64,000 nucleotides of DNA from Candidatus Hodarchaeota archaeon (GCA_048886685.1 JBHLKM010000004.1:114486-178485), one strand, 5' to 3'; shown: positions 18,658 to 29,224, counted from the first letter of the stretch. Notes: generated by a model from the sequence alone, not told the origin. Numbers and translations: made by a program.

Positions 18658-20124
18658 TTAAATATATGTATGAATTAAATCTATAAGGTTTTTAGAAAAA
18701 TCTGGTAAATTCTTCTCAATCTTTTCGATTTGGAGAGATTTTTCAATAAATAATAGCAAGTATAGATTATACTTTTCAACCTGGATTTTTTTAAATATTA
18801 CTTTTTTCGATTCATCTGCTATTCCTGAAGATACTAAAAAATCTTGTTGTAAAATCTTAAATTCTTTAAACGTTTTATATAATTCTTGGAAATGAGGGGC
18901 AGAAATTTCAAATACTCTTTCAGATATTTCATCTTTAGAATAATTAGATAAAATAATTCCATTTTCATTTAATAATAATATTGCATCTGATTGAGTTTTC
19001 TTCGCAAACTTTTTTAATTGATTTCTAAATAATTCTCGATTAGGACTAAGTTGTGAAAGCCCAAATGAATATGCTGTTATTAGGCTCCAATGATCAAAAA
19101 TACTAGTTTGAAAAATTTTAATTAAAAATCTATCAGAATTCTTCTCAATTTCATCTGCAATAATCTCTAAATTTTTGAATATTTCTTTTGATCCCTTTAA
19201 ATCTGGATCAAATTTATTTAAACAAACAACAATAGGAGGGAATTCCTCTAAGTCAATTAAAGAAACTATAATTTTCCTAAAAAGGTCTAAGGCCTCTTCT
19301 ATTCTCTCAACATCTTGAATATCAATAAAAAAGAAGATTAAATCCACATTATAGAGATAAATTTTACTTTGTTCAAGAAATCTCTCTCGATATTGTTTTT
19401 GACCAGCTAGATCCCAAAGTGAGATTACAGAATTCTGCTCTTCAAAAATATTTTCTTCAGATCTTTCAACACCTCTAGTAGGTAAAGCCTTTATGATTTC
19501 TGAATATCTCTTCTTTATTCCAAACAAAAAACTTGATTTTCCTGCCTTATCCAATCCAGTTAATAGTACCTTGATTTGCCTTCTCACAGAAAATGGATCT
19601 TTTAATTCCTTAGTGAATTCAAACAATTCATTTTTTATATCATCCATTATTCTTTTATGATCTTCAAGTTCTTTTTCTGCTTGTATCTGGCTAGCAGCCT
19701 TATCAATAATTATTCTTAAGTATTTCATATTTTCATAAAAGAAGACTCTATCATTTTCACTGATTAGTATGGTAATAGTAGCTGCTAAAGCTTGACCTCG
19801 GGCTTTTTCTTCAGGGATGAGAAAAAAGTATGTTAGACCATTTAATTTTAAGTCTGGAAACGGTAAAATACCAAAATAGTTAACACCCACGTCTGAACCT
19901 TGTGAATCTTGATAAACGGAATCACCCATAAGTAAACTGATGGTTTTCATTGCAATTAAAAGTCCAGCTTTTTCATCTAAATCAATAGGCCAAATAACTC
20001 TAGGAATGGGCCCCTTTTCATCAAATATGCTTAGAACTATTGCTTTTATTAAATCAGATTTGTTAGCATTTTCGGTTTTTTTATTGGTTTGTTTCATTTT
20101 CGATTTAGAGTCGTTATTGGTCAA
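18658..20124 (-). CDS. uDENN/longin-like domain + Arf/Rag-like small GTPase + roadblock-like domain
   Basis: AIVLSIFDEKGPIP..WP and EEKARGQ; G1 GLDKAGKSS, G3 WDLAGQ, G4 NKFD, G5 TSI; C-terminal AILLLNENGIILS. Confidence 0.85.
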   Translation of the reverse strand: MTNNDSKSKMKQTNKKTENANKSDLIKAIVLSIFDEKGPIPRVIWPIDLDEKAGLLIAMKTISLLMGDSVYQDSQGSDVGVNYFGILPFPDLKLNGLTYFFLIPEEKARGQALAATITILISENDRVFFYENMKYLRIIIDKAASQIQAEKELEDHKRIMDDIKNELFEFTKELKDPFSVRRQIKVLLTGLDKAGKSSFLFGIKKRYSEIIKALPTRGVERSEENIFEEQNSVISLWDLAGQKQYRERFLEQSKIYLYNVDLIFFFIDIQDVERIEEALDLFRKIIVSLIDLEEFPPIVVCLNKFDPDLKGSKEIFKNLEIIADEIEKNSDRFLIKIFQTSIFDHWSLITAYSFGLSQLSPNRELFRNQLKKFAKKTQSDAILLLNENGIILSNYSKDEISERVFEISAPHFQELYKTFKEFKILQQDFLVSSGIADESKKVIFKKIQVEKYNLYLLLFIEKSLQIEKIEKNLPDFSKNLIDLIHTYI

Positions 20125-20288
20125 TTTATCCCCTTATCTTTGGCTATAAAGTAATATTTTAAAAAGTACCGTATTTATTCTTTAGATTATAATATAATAA
20201 AATCAATATATTACATTAATATACTCAAAATAATAATTACTATTAAATAATTACTTTTCTCACCCAACGTTCCATATGTTTTAATCTT

Positions 20289-22088
20289 TTATGATAAAAA
20301 CTTTAAACTTACAAGTTTAGATGGGAGGAATATTTTTTTTATAAAATCTACCAAAGTGAGATTACTTCTTTTTAGTTCATTTAAAGATATATACTCAATT
20401 GCTCCACTTTGGATGAAAATTTGATACTCTTCTTGTTTCTTAATCTTTTCTAATACGTCAATTTTAGCATCTTTCCTAAAGTGAGTAGAGTTAGTATAAT
20501 AAAAGATATCTCTACTAGATTGAGGTAGCGCAATTTTTGGAAAATGTTTTAAATCTAATTTCGCAAAACGGTATGGTGCTTTCTTTGAGATATTTTCACT
20601 TAAAATAAAGGATTTATCATGTATTTTAGAGAATTCTAAACATTTTTTATACATCTCACTTAAGATTTTTTTTCCCAGATTGAATGAGTTTGAATTTTCA
20701 TGCAATTCAAAATCAGTTAGAAACTTAACAGCTTCATTTAATCCTATAAAACTAATTGACATATGTTGTTCTTCTAAATTATAGAGTGATATATTATTGA
20801 TTTTACCGCTACATAGCGGTAAATGTTTCGATTTTAACCTCTTTTTTATTATTTTATATTTTTTTAATAATATCTGAGAAGATATTTTCATATTTGTATC
20901 GATTATCTCAAAGAAATTTGACTCATCTTTACTGGTATACGCAAATCGAGGAAGATTTATACAAATTTCTTGAAGCATACCTGAATTAATAAGATTACTT
21001 GAATAAAACGACTCTGGATAATTATCATTTAAAGATTTAACATTTGAATTTATTAAAATAGGTGTTTTCATACTATCAATTTCATCACAAACATTCATAA
21101 AAGCTCCCTTATACTTATCTATCCAAAGGTTATTCACTAAAATCTCACGTATTGGGGATTTAAACGGATTTTTATTATTATCACCTTCTTTGAAGGTTAA
21201 TGTCAGCGCGTTAAACAATCTTAGACACTCTTCATAATATTCTTCATAGAAATCCCTCGCTTTATTGGTGATAGGAACCTTTAAAAATGGTTCGAGAAAA
21301 GTAGGACTAGTTAACAATGAACTAGAAGAAATCGAACCACCCGTCATTACTGATAGATGATTTAATTCGTAGATTAAGTCTTTCATTGCAAGAATTAACT
21401 CTGAATCACTCACTCCTTTAGCATAAGGTGATAAAAACATTGTTAAGTAATTATATCCCTGGTTTCCACAAAACTCATTTTGAGTTAATGCTACCCATTT
21501 AACTAGATGACTAATTGCTTCTTTTAGAGTGCCTGCTGGTTTTAATTTACAGCAAGGGACAAAATTATTTATAGGGGGCAACCCATGTTCTAAAATTATG
21601 CGAGGATCCCACATCTGAGATAAAGGTCTTAAATCAAAATACCGTAACTTATGAATATGAAGATCGCCAGATAAATGAGCTGCTGATTCCTCACTCGATA
21701 AAATTCTTAAATGAGCATATTCTTCAGATATTCGATTTGCGGCCCAATTATGGATTTTTTCTGGATTAATTATTTTTTCTGGATGGTCTCCAAATCCTTT
21801 TTCAAGAATTTTTTCATAGTCCATTAACGGCATACCTATTCTCGTATATAACTTACGTTCATTTTCAAAGTGTTGTTCAGAAAGTATAGAACAAACTATT
21901 TCTCTTATATGAGGTCCTGAGAGAAATTTTATTCCAGAACTAATAATCCTCCTAACAACTAATTCTGTAATTTTGTTGGCATCAGCTTCGCTCATCCCAG
22001 TTTCTTTTATAATACTTTCAAGAATTCTTGAGGATTCAAATTCAGCAAAATCACCTTCGGTTCTAAAAACTTTTGGAAATAAGTCCAT
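20289..22088 (-). CDS. ATP-cone + class III ribonucleotide reductase (NrdD)-like protein, probably non-catalytic
   Basis: ATP cone (FESSRILESIIKETG...LSGPHIREIV), HLSGDLHIH, INLPR, IGLNEAV, YYTNSTH. No C-terminal CxxC/RxxGY glycyl-radical domain. Confidence 0.8.
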   Translation of the reverse strand: MDLFPKVFRTEGDFAEFESSRILESIIKETGMSEADANKITELVVRRIISSGIKFLSGPHIREIVCSILSEQHFENERKLYTRIGMPLMDYEKILEKGFGDHPEKIINPEKIHNWAANRISEEYAHLRILSSEESAAHLSGDLHIHKLRYFDLRPLSQMWDPRIILEHGLPPINNFVPCCKLKPAGTLKEAISHLVKWVALTQNEFCGNQGYNYLTMFLSPYAKGVSDSELILAMKDLIYELNHLSVMTGGSISSSSLLTSPTFLEPFLKVPITNKARDFYEEYYEECLRLFNALTLTFKEGDNNKNPFKSPIREILVNNLWIDKYKGAFMNVCDEIDSMKTPILINSNVKSLNDNYPESFYSSNLINSGMLQEICINLPRFAYTSKDESNFFEIIDTNMKISSQILLKKYKIIKKRLKSKHLPLCSGKINNISLYNLEEQHMSISFIGLNEAVKFLTDFELHENSNSFNLGKKILSEMYKKCLEFSKIHDKSFILSENISKKAPYRFAKLDLKHFPKIALPQSSRDIFYYTNSTHFRKDAKIDVLEKIKKQEEYQIFIQSGAIEYISLNELKRSNLTLVDFIKKIFLPSKLVSLKFLS

Positions 22089-22345
22089 GGTTAGTCTTAA
22101 AGAAGTAATTTATATAATTTTAAAAAATATCTATTGAACTATTAAATTCAAGAGATTTAAAAAATTAAATTATTAATAGGTTAAATGCGAGAATTATAGT
22201 TTATTTCATAAAAATATAAACAACTGTTTAAAAGGATAATTAAGCTTGCTATATTATGAAATCCTTTAAAATCTCTATCAATTTATTTTTATAGAACTTC
22301 TATACTCTCTATGATTTATTTTATAAAGTTGCTAATGAGAAATAT

Positions 22346-23128
22346 ATGTCAAATTTATACTCTGAAGCGTCTCTCCAAAATTTTTTTACTGAAATTTATT
22401 CCATATTGAAGGAAACTGATCCGAAAATAATTGAAATATGGTGTGAAATTTCAAAAATTTCCTTTTTCAATGGATTGAGAAAAACAGAGTTATATAATTT
22501 CTTAGATAAGTTTGAATTTATATCTCTTAAAAAGGGAAATTATGTTTACTATATTGTAATTGATAAGGTTTTATTTATTATCAACTGTATCAAGTTCTTG
22601 AAGTATGATGTTGCACATCTTTCTGAAATATTGGATTATAACGGTTTTGAGTCATTAATAAAGGAAATTTTATCTAAAAATAATTTTCGGACAATTACGA
22701 ATTTTAGATTTTCTGAAATTTCTAAACTATCATCAAATATTTCTCAGAAAAAATTTGAGATTGATGTTATTGGAATTTATTTAAACTATATTTTAATCAT
22801 AGATGCAAAACAATGGAAGCGCAAAGATTCATATGGATCGCTTAATAAAGCAGCCAATCTCCAATATAATCGGATTAGAGCATTGCAGCACAATGACGAA
22901 GCTTTTTCAAAGCTCATTAAAACAATTTTAGGTAAAGATCCTCAAGTGAAAAGGCATTTACCGTTCATACTTATACCGGTTATGGTTACCCTTGAAGATA
23001 ATAGCATAAAGTTAAATGAAAACCAGATACCACTCGTATCTATATATGAATTCAATGTTTTTTTACAAGAGTTCCCAAATTATCTACATTACTTTAAATC
23101 AGTTCAAGTGAATAAAGTAGTACTATAA
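22346..23128 (+). CDS. PD-(D/E)xK restriction endonuclease-like protein
   Basis: FESLIKEIL, FEIDVIG, IIDAKQW motifs. Confidence 0.75.
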   Translation: MSNLYSEASLQNFFTEIYSILKETDPKIIEIWCEISKISFFNGLRKTELYNFLDKFEFISLKKGNYVYYIVIDKVLFIINCIKFLKYDVAHLSEILDYNGFESLIKEILSKNNFRTITNFRFSEISKLSSNISQKKFEIDVIGIYLNYILIIDAKQWKRKDSYGSLNKAANLQYNRIRALQHNDEAFSKLIKTILGKDPQVKRHLPFILIPVMVTLEDNSIKLNENQIPLVSIYEFNVFLQEFPNYLHYFKSVQVNKVVL

Positions 23129-23169
23129 AAGAAAACTGAAAATTCTCACGTTAAATTTTTAAAACAAAA

Positions 23170-24228
23170 TTATTCTTCTAAACCCAAATAGTATTTTATT
23201 TGTTTCTTTATTAGATTGATAGCAACGGAAATAATTCCACTTTTAACTTTGGGATGAGAAAATAGAATCAAAATCATATCTTTTAAACTTGGAGATTCAC
23301 GATCGATAGGTGCTAAGTCTAATACCCCTTCACTTCCTTTTACACTTATAGATTTTAAAGCACCTGCGCTTAAACCATGAATAATATCCGAACCAATCAT
23401 AGAAAGATTCACCCCTATCGTGCTAAATAAAGAATCTGACATCCTACTTGAAATTGCTGAAGCTAAGATTGTTCCATCTGTTTTGATAATCGCTGAAGCT
23501 TCTATTCGAGAGTCAAGCGTAATCAATTCGCGTAAAATTTCATTCATACTCGCAGGAGGGATCTTTTCTTCAGGTTTTTTTTCAATCTTAGACTCAACTA
23601 CAGGTGATTCTAATTTCTTCACTGATATTTTCTTTGATAGAAAGCTTAGAACTTCAGTCATATCTTTTTCTAATCTTTTCTGTTTTGAAATAGAAACTTC
23701 AGTTTCTGGCCTCTTGGTAGGAATAGGAACTAATGTAGATTTTAGTTTTTCTTTCTCATCTTCAATAATTGATTGTTTAAGTTCTGAAAACGCATCAGAA
23801 ATGGAATCTTGGGTGGTAACAGGAGGAGGTTGAAAGCCTTTTTTATCTGATATTAATGAACTTTGAAATGGTTTTGGTGTAATTTCTTGAAGAACTTGGT
23901 TTTTATCTTGTTCAGATTTATCTTGAATTTCATTAAAAGAATCATCTTCACTAATTTCACTAGTTTCTGAGGGAATATCATCAAGATTTAATTCCATTTC
24001 TTTTGGAATTTCGTGTAATTCAATCTTTTCCTGGTCTTTTTCAACGGTTTCAATTGATATTTCAATTTTTTCACTAGAAAACTCTTTATCAACTTTTTTC
24101 TCTGATTTCTTTTTTTTAGTTTTAACTCTAGAAGGTTTGGAAGAAATTGGCAGTAAAGCACCACATTTTCTACACGTACGACTTACTGCTTCGTTATTTG
24201 TGGTACCACAATTCTGGCAGATAATAAT
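23170..24228 (-). CDS. Zinc-ribbon + disordered linker + roadblock/LC7 domain protein (probable ATT start at 24228)
   Basis: Frame of ORF 23170-23997 stays open 77 codons upstream: IIICQNCGTTN...CRKCGALLP, preceded by GGAGG. C-terminal IEASAIIKTDGTILAS...LKSISVKGSEG. Confidence 0.8.
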   Translation of the reverse strand: MIICQNCGTTNNEAVSRTCRKCGALLPISSKPSRVKTKKKKSEKKVDKEFSSEKIEISIETVEKDQEKIELHEIPKEMELNLDDIPSETSEISEDDSFNEIQDKSEQDKNQVLQEITPKPFQSSLISDKKGFQPPPVTTQDSISDAFSELKQSIIEDEKEKLKSTLVPIPTKRPETEVSISKQKRLEKDMTEVLSFLSKKISVKKLESPVVESKIEKKPEEKIPPASMNEILRELITLDSRIEASAIIKTDGTILASAISSRMSDSLFSTIGVNLSMIGSDIIHGLSAGALKSISVKGSEGVLDLAPIDRESPSLKDMILILFSHPKVKSGIISVAINLIKKQIKYYLGLEE

Positions 24229-24510
24229 AGTTTTATCTCTCCTCCATGAGTTTAAATTACTAAAAAATTATTATAGGTGCTAATTTTCATAAAGTTTAGA
24301 TATGAATCTTTATTTTATTTATATTAAATTAATGATTTTCTTGATTTTTAGTTTTTTGTTGTATAAATTACTAGTAAAAATTTGATTTTATTAATATTTA
24401 TCATCTTAAATTAATGTTTTAATATATTCGCTGGATGTAAAGTTTGGGAGTTTAATCTCACTAATGAAACCTACAATTTTGGAGAAATATAGTTAGATCA
24501 GTGGTTTTTA

Positions 24511-25485
24511 TTATCTATAAAGTATTTCTTTCATTATATTCGTAAACGTTTCAAAATCCTCTTTTTGGAAAACTGGATCCTCCTTAAGTAGCAATAAATA
24601 ATATGGAGTTGAATCTTTCTGTAATGAAATTTGCTTAAATATAAAATTTTTCCCAAATCTTTGAACAATCATTCTATCCTCATATTTATTGTCCATAACG
24701 CCAGTAAATTGTATATTATCACTAAGGGTTAAAAAATAGGGCGTTGAGGCTGTCAGTAAATGCTTAGTCTCAGCATCTTTATAAAAAGAGCCAATTACAA
24801 GTGAATTATCATCAATAACTACTACACCAGCTGAATCGATTTTTTTGGCAAACTCGATTATTGTTCTCTCAATAAGTTCTGATTTTGGATATAAGCTTAA
24901 AAGGATTTCCGACATTGCCTTAATTATGGATCCAAAATCATAAATAGATGTCTCATAAAAGTATATTTCCTTATAATCAGTAGCACCTTTTACTTGCTCT
25001 TTTAAATCTATTGTAAGATTTTCCATTTCATTTAAAGCCCCTCTTCTTAAAGCGGGATCATATTTGTGAAGAAAAACATAAATCGGGGGTTCAATCTCTA
25101 ATTTGTTGAACTGTTCAATTACATCCTTAAAATAACTTATTGCTTCTGGTATTCTAGGTTTGTTTTGAATATCGATGACATAAATAGCAATTTCCGTACC
25201 ATCGAAAAATTTTCCTGGATTCTTTAAATACGAGATTCTATAGCTAATTTGTCCACCTAAATCCCATTCTGCAATTTCTTTTCCTAAAAAATCAAAAACT
25301 CTTCTTTGGGCACCTCTGGTTGGAGATAATACGGCTATTTTTGAAAATTCTCTTTGAAGTGAGAGAATAATACTTGTCTTTCCTGCATCGTCCAATCCCG
25401 TAAATAATAACTTTGATGGTTCCGGTTTCGGTTCCGGTTCTTCTTTTTTCAAATACATTATTGATTGTTTTAGATTTTTCTCCAA
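24511..25485 (-). CDS. Arf/Rag-like small GTPase with C-terminal roadblock-like domain
   Basis: G1 GLDDAGKTS, G2 PTRG, G3 WDLGGQ, G4 HKYD, G5 ETSI; C-terminal GVVVIDDNSLVIGS. Confidence 0.88.
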   Translation of the reverse strand: MEKNLKQSIMYLKKEEPEPKPEPSKLLFTGLDDAGKTSIILSLQREFSKIAVLSPTRGAQRRVFDFLGKEIAEWDLGGQISYRISYLKNPGKFFDGTEIAIYVIDIQNKPRIPEAISYFKDVIEQFNKLEIEPPIYVFLHKYDPALRRGALNEMENLTIDLKEQVKGATDYKEIYFYETSIYDFGSIIKAMSEILLSLYPKSELIERTIIEFAKKIDSAGVVVIDDNSLVIGSFYKDAETKHLLTASTPYFLTLSDNIQFTGVMDNKYEDRMIVQRFGKNFIFKQISLQKDSTPYYLLLLKEDPVFQKEDFETFTNIMKEILYR

Positions 25486-25581
25486 AGTTAAATTTCACCT
25501 TTACACATCTAGAAAGCAATTAATTAATATATATTCTTTTATAAGATAAAATATGATCTTATCGCTTATTTAAATTTTGCT

Positions 25582-26937
25582 TTATAACTTATTTTTGATG
25601 AATAATTTCAGATCTTCATACTTATTAATTTCTACTGGATTCGAGAATTCCTTTTTATTTTGAATAATCTCCAATGCTTTTGGTAATTCTGGTTTAACTT
25701 TTATTAATGAGATAATTTCATTAGGAAATTTAGCTGGATCAGCAGTTTCGAAAGTAATAGATTTGATTTGACTTTGAGAAGGATTGTTATTACGGTAGAT
25801 CTGAAGAGCTGCCCATCCGACGGCACCATGAGGTTCTATAATTTTCTCATATCTTCTATAAAATTGTACAATTGTTTCTCGTGTTAAATCATCACTTATG
25901 GAGTATGATGCTATATTAGCTCTAAGTTTTTCTAAATCTGGATTTCTTTGAATATTTCCATTTTCATCAATTTGTCCTCCATATAAATCAAATATACGGG
26001 CTAAATTACTAGGATTACCTACATTCATAGCAGAAGAGAGGCAATTTCTTGAGGGAACGATTTTTGAATAAATTCCTGATTTTAGAAATTTTGGGAATTC
26101 ATCATTCTCATTTACAGCAGAAATAAATTTATCAACTGGCAAGTCCATTTTAGATGCTATAAGTCCACCAGTAAGATTACCAAAATTACCTGAAGGTACT
26201 GAAAAAATCACTTTTTCATTTAGGTGTTGGATTATTCGTGAATAACTCCAAAAATAATAAATGACTTGGGGGACAAGACGACCAATATTAATAGAATTTG
26301 CAGATGATAGGTTATAATCTTGTAAATCTTTATCTGCAAAAGCGGTTTTTATAATTTTCTGACAATCATCAAATTTCCCATTGATTCCTATTGCTATAAC
26401 ATTTTTTCCAAGAGTTATCATTTGTTTTCTTTGCAGTTCGCTGATTTCTTTTTTAGGATAGAGTACAATTACTTTAATTCTTGACATTTTATAGAATGCT
26501 TGCGCTACAGCGCCCCCCGTATCCCCAGAAGTTGCTGTTAATATTATTATTTCTTTTTTCTCAAGTGAAAGAAAATATTCCATGATTCTTGCTAAGATTC
26601 TTGCTCCAAAATCTTTGAAACTACAAGTAGGACCTTTACTTAGATGGCATAAATAGTCAGATTTTTCAATTGTCTCTAATCCAATTTCAAAATTCAAAGC
26701 ACTTCGTATAATCTTTTTTAATGACTTTTCAGGTATTTGATCTTTTAAAATTTTTAATAAAATCTCAAAAGCAATTTCTTGTAAACTTAAGTCTTTAAAA
26801 CTAAATATTTTTCGATGATCTATTGTTGGAATCTTATTTAACATGTATAAACCCTTATCTAAGGCTTGCCCTCTCAAAACAGCCGTTTTAAAGTCGACAT
26901 CTGGAGTGTTGTAGTTTGTTGAATGGAATTTAATCAT
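25582..26937 (-). CDS. thrC: Threonine synthase (long form)
   Basis: GPTCSFKDFG, ATSGDTG, SANSINIGRL, SVPSGNFGN, ETADPAKF. Confidence 0.93.
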   Translation of the reverse strand: MIKFHSTNYNTPDVDFKTAVLRGQALDKGLYMLNKIPTIDHRKIFSFKDLSLQEIAFEILLKILKDQIPEKSLKKIIRSALNFEIGLETIEKSDYLCHLSKGPTCSFKDFGARILARIMEYFLSLEKKEIIILTATSGDTGGAVAQAFYKMSRIKVIVLYPKKEISELQRKQMITLGKNVIAIGINGKFDDCQKIIKTAFADKDLQDYNLSSANSINIGRLVPQVIYYFWSYSRIIQHLNEKVIFSVPSGNFGNLTGGLIASKMDLPVDKFISAVNENDEFPKFLKSGIYSKIVPSRNCLSSAMNVGNPSNLARIFDLYGGQIDENGNIQRNPDLEKLRANIASYSISDDLTRETIVQFYRRYEKIIEPHGAVGWAALQIYRNNNPSQSQIKSITFETADPAKFPNEIISLIKVKPELPKALEIIQNKKEFSNPVEINKYEDLKLFIKNKL

Positions 26938-26955
26938 AGTTGATATTGATTAATT

Positions 26956-27474
26956 TTATTTTAATAAATCATTAATTTTGTTGATTGCTTCTAATGGAGT
27001 ATTTACACCATATATCATGTCATTTCTTCTATTATCTAACTTTTGATTAGCAATTTTAGAAGACCAACCCTGAACACTCGATAAAGCTACTAAAGGTTTA
27101 TCATATATCCATGCGAAACAAATTTCAGATAAAGTTCCTGCTTTTCCACCAATAGCTAAACATATGTCACCTGTAAGTACGACAACAATATTTCTTGCTT
27201 GTGAAAACGGACATGGAATTACAAGATCTACATATTTGTTAGCTAAGCTTTTTTCTGTATGTGGAATAATTCCGACTGTAAAGCCTCCTTCTTCTTTGGC
27301 ACCTTTACATACTGCTTCCATTACACCAGAAAGACCACCACAAGCCACAGCGTACTGGTTTTTTGCGATTAATCTCCCGATTTCTATGGTTTTATCCTCT
27401 ATTTCTTTATCAATTTCACTTGCTCCTATAACAGAAATTACAGCTTTAAAGTTATTTTTATAATTTAAACTCAT
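26956..27474 (-). CDS. LOG/Rossmann-fold nucleotide-binding protein (TIGR00725-like)
   Basis: CGGLSGVMEAVCKGAKEEGG, ARN, GGKAGTLSEI. Confidence 0.88.
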   Translation of the reverse strand: MSLNYKNNFKAVISVIGASEIDKEIEDKTIEIGRLIAKNQYAVACGGLSGVMEAVCKGAKEEGGFTVGIIPHTEKSLANKYVDLVIPCPFSQARNIVVVLTGDICLAIGGKAGTLSEICFAWIYDKPLVALSSVQGWSSKIANQKLDNRRNDMIYGVNTPLEAINKINDLLK

Positions 27475-27509
27475 AATATTGAATCTATATTTATTAAATT
27501 AAAAATATA

Positions 27510-28523
27510 TTACGTAATATATCCTCTTTTTATTGAAATATCTATTAAATCATTTAGTATAGCCGATGCGGCTTCAAAACCCCCAGCACCTCTCCCCATT
27601 AAGATTATTGGCCCTGCATATTTAGTTTCTAGTTCGACCACATTTAAATTTCCGCTAATATTAAGAGGAGAATACTTATCAATCAAACGTGGTTCTACAG
27701 ATAATTCATTATTTTCTGCTATAGCCAGATGTTTAATGACAAAACCATCTGGTTTAACTAATTCAATCGCATGAGGGGTTACCTTCGAAATACCTTCTAC
27801 TTTAACATCCGTTATACTTTTTGACCATCCTAACAATTCGTTCGCTAATATAACTAACTTTCCAGCAGCATCATAACCTTCAATATCTAAAGTAGGATCT
27901 GATTCAGCATATCCCAACTCCTGTGCTTCTTTTAAAGCTAAAGGAAAATTAACTCCTTCCGCAGTCATTCTGCTTAATATGAAATTGGAAGTGCCGTTTA
28001 ATATTGCTTTTATGCTAAGAATTTCATTTCCAATTAAATCTTCTTTGATCTTTAATGAAGGAACACAACTCGCAACAGTTGCTTCAAATTTTACGTAGCA
28101 ATTATTCTGTTCAGCTAAATTCTTAATCTTTTTATATTCGAGATAAAATGGTCCTTTATTAGAAGAAATAACGTCTATATGGTTATTAAGAGCTTCAATA
28201 ACATGAGACAAACCGGGTTCTCCTGTTTCCGGATTTGTAGGTGTGGTTTCTATACAAATATTTACATCTAATTTAGAGATTAAATCGATTGCTTTTAGAT
28301 CACTTTTCCAATATGAAAGATTTCTAAAATCGTTGTCCGCATCCAAAACTTCTTTTAAATCAATTCCTTTTTTATTGATAAGTGCTCCATCGATTTCGAA
28401 AATTGAATTCACAATAACTTTTAAATTAAATTTCTGCTTTAAAAAATCTTTTTTTTGATATAATAATTGAATTAAACTAGTTCCAACCACCCCTTTCCCG
28501 ATTAAACAGATTTTAACAGTCAT
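27510..28523 (-). CDS. hom: Homoserine dehydrogenase
   Basis: GKGVVG, SNKGP, FEATV, ILNGTSNFIL, AQELGYAESDPTLDIEGYDAAGK, GRGAGG. Confidence 0.95.
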   Translation of the reverse strand: MTVKICLIGKGVVGTSLIQLLYQKKDFLKQKFNLKVIVNSIFEIDGALINKKGIDLKEVLDADNDFRNLSYWKSDLKAIDLISKLDVNICIETTPTNPETGEPGLSHVIEALNNHIDVISSNKGPFYLEYKKIKNLAEQNNCYVKFEATVASCVPSLKIKEDLIGNEILSIKAILNGTSNFILSRMTAEGVNFPLALKEAQELGYAESDPTLDIEGYDAAGKLVILANELLGWSKSITDVKVEGISKVTPHAIELVKPDGFVIKHLAIAENNELSVEPRLIDKYSPLNISGNLNVVELETKYAGPIILMGRGAGGFEAASAILNDLIDISIKRGYIT

Positions 28524-28622
28524 TGTTTTGATTAGAACAGATTTTAATTATTGTTTGGTTTTACAGAGAATTTAGTCGGTTTATTATCATTTGATTTATG
28601 ATACATATTAAACTCATTCAAT

Positions 28623-29114
28623 TTAACTTGTAATTAAAAATAAATTCTTTTCTTCACATATTTTTCTAAGTTCATTATTAAGTTCCTTTTTATTCATATA
28701 TTCAGGGAATTCAATTCTTAACTTAACATTACTTACTTCTTCTAATTCTGTAAATTTAGCTTGTAATTCTAACACATTAATGTTTTTAGATGCTAATCTT
28801 TTAATTGTATCCATCACATCTGTATCAAATACATGTCCGGTTAAAATTATTGTGATCAGTTTCTTCTCAATCCCATAATTTATGTTCTCTATTTGAATAT
28901 TTTTTTCCTTTAACTCTTTTTTTATATTTTTTATGCTAACTTCTTGAATTTCCTTACTCAATTCAAAAGTAACGTTTACAGGAATCATGTTATTTATTTT
29001 TCTATCATGGAAATGAAGGATACCATAAATATTTCCCCCATTATTAGAGATCGGTTTGATTAATTCAATTAAACTTCCAGGCGTGTCAGGTAATTTAACT
29101 TCTAAATTTATCAT
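28623..29114 (-). CDS. ACT-domain protein (archaeal homoserine dehydrogenase regulatory partner type)
   Basis: LPDTPGSLIELIKPISNNGGNI, ILTGHVFDTD; directly upstream of hom. Confidence 0.8.
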   Translation of the reverse strand: MINLEVKLPDTPGSLIELIKPISNNGGNIYGILHFHDRKINNMIPVNVTFELSKEIQEVSIKNIKKELKEKNIQIENINYGIEKKLITIILTGHVFDTDVMDTIKRLASKNINVLELQAKFTELEEVSNVKLRIEFPEYMNKKELNNELRKICEEKNLFLITS

Positions 29115-29224
29115 AATTATTTTTCTATTTTCTGTAATTTTCTCTTGATATTCCTTGATTGGATCTTAAGAATTTAGGATTATTACGTTATTAGCAATTC
29201 TATTACTTATATTAACTAAAAATT

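Noticed and set aside
22346-23128. Restriction-modification or defence system
   Set aside because: Lone nuclease-fold gene with no methyltransferase or defence neighbours.
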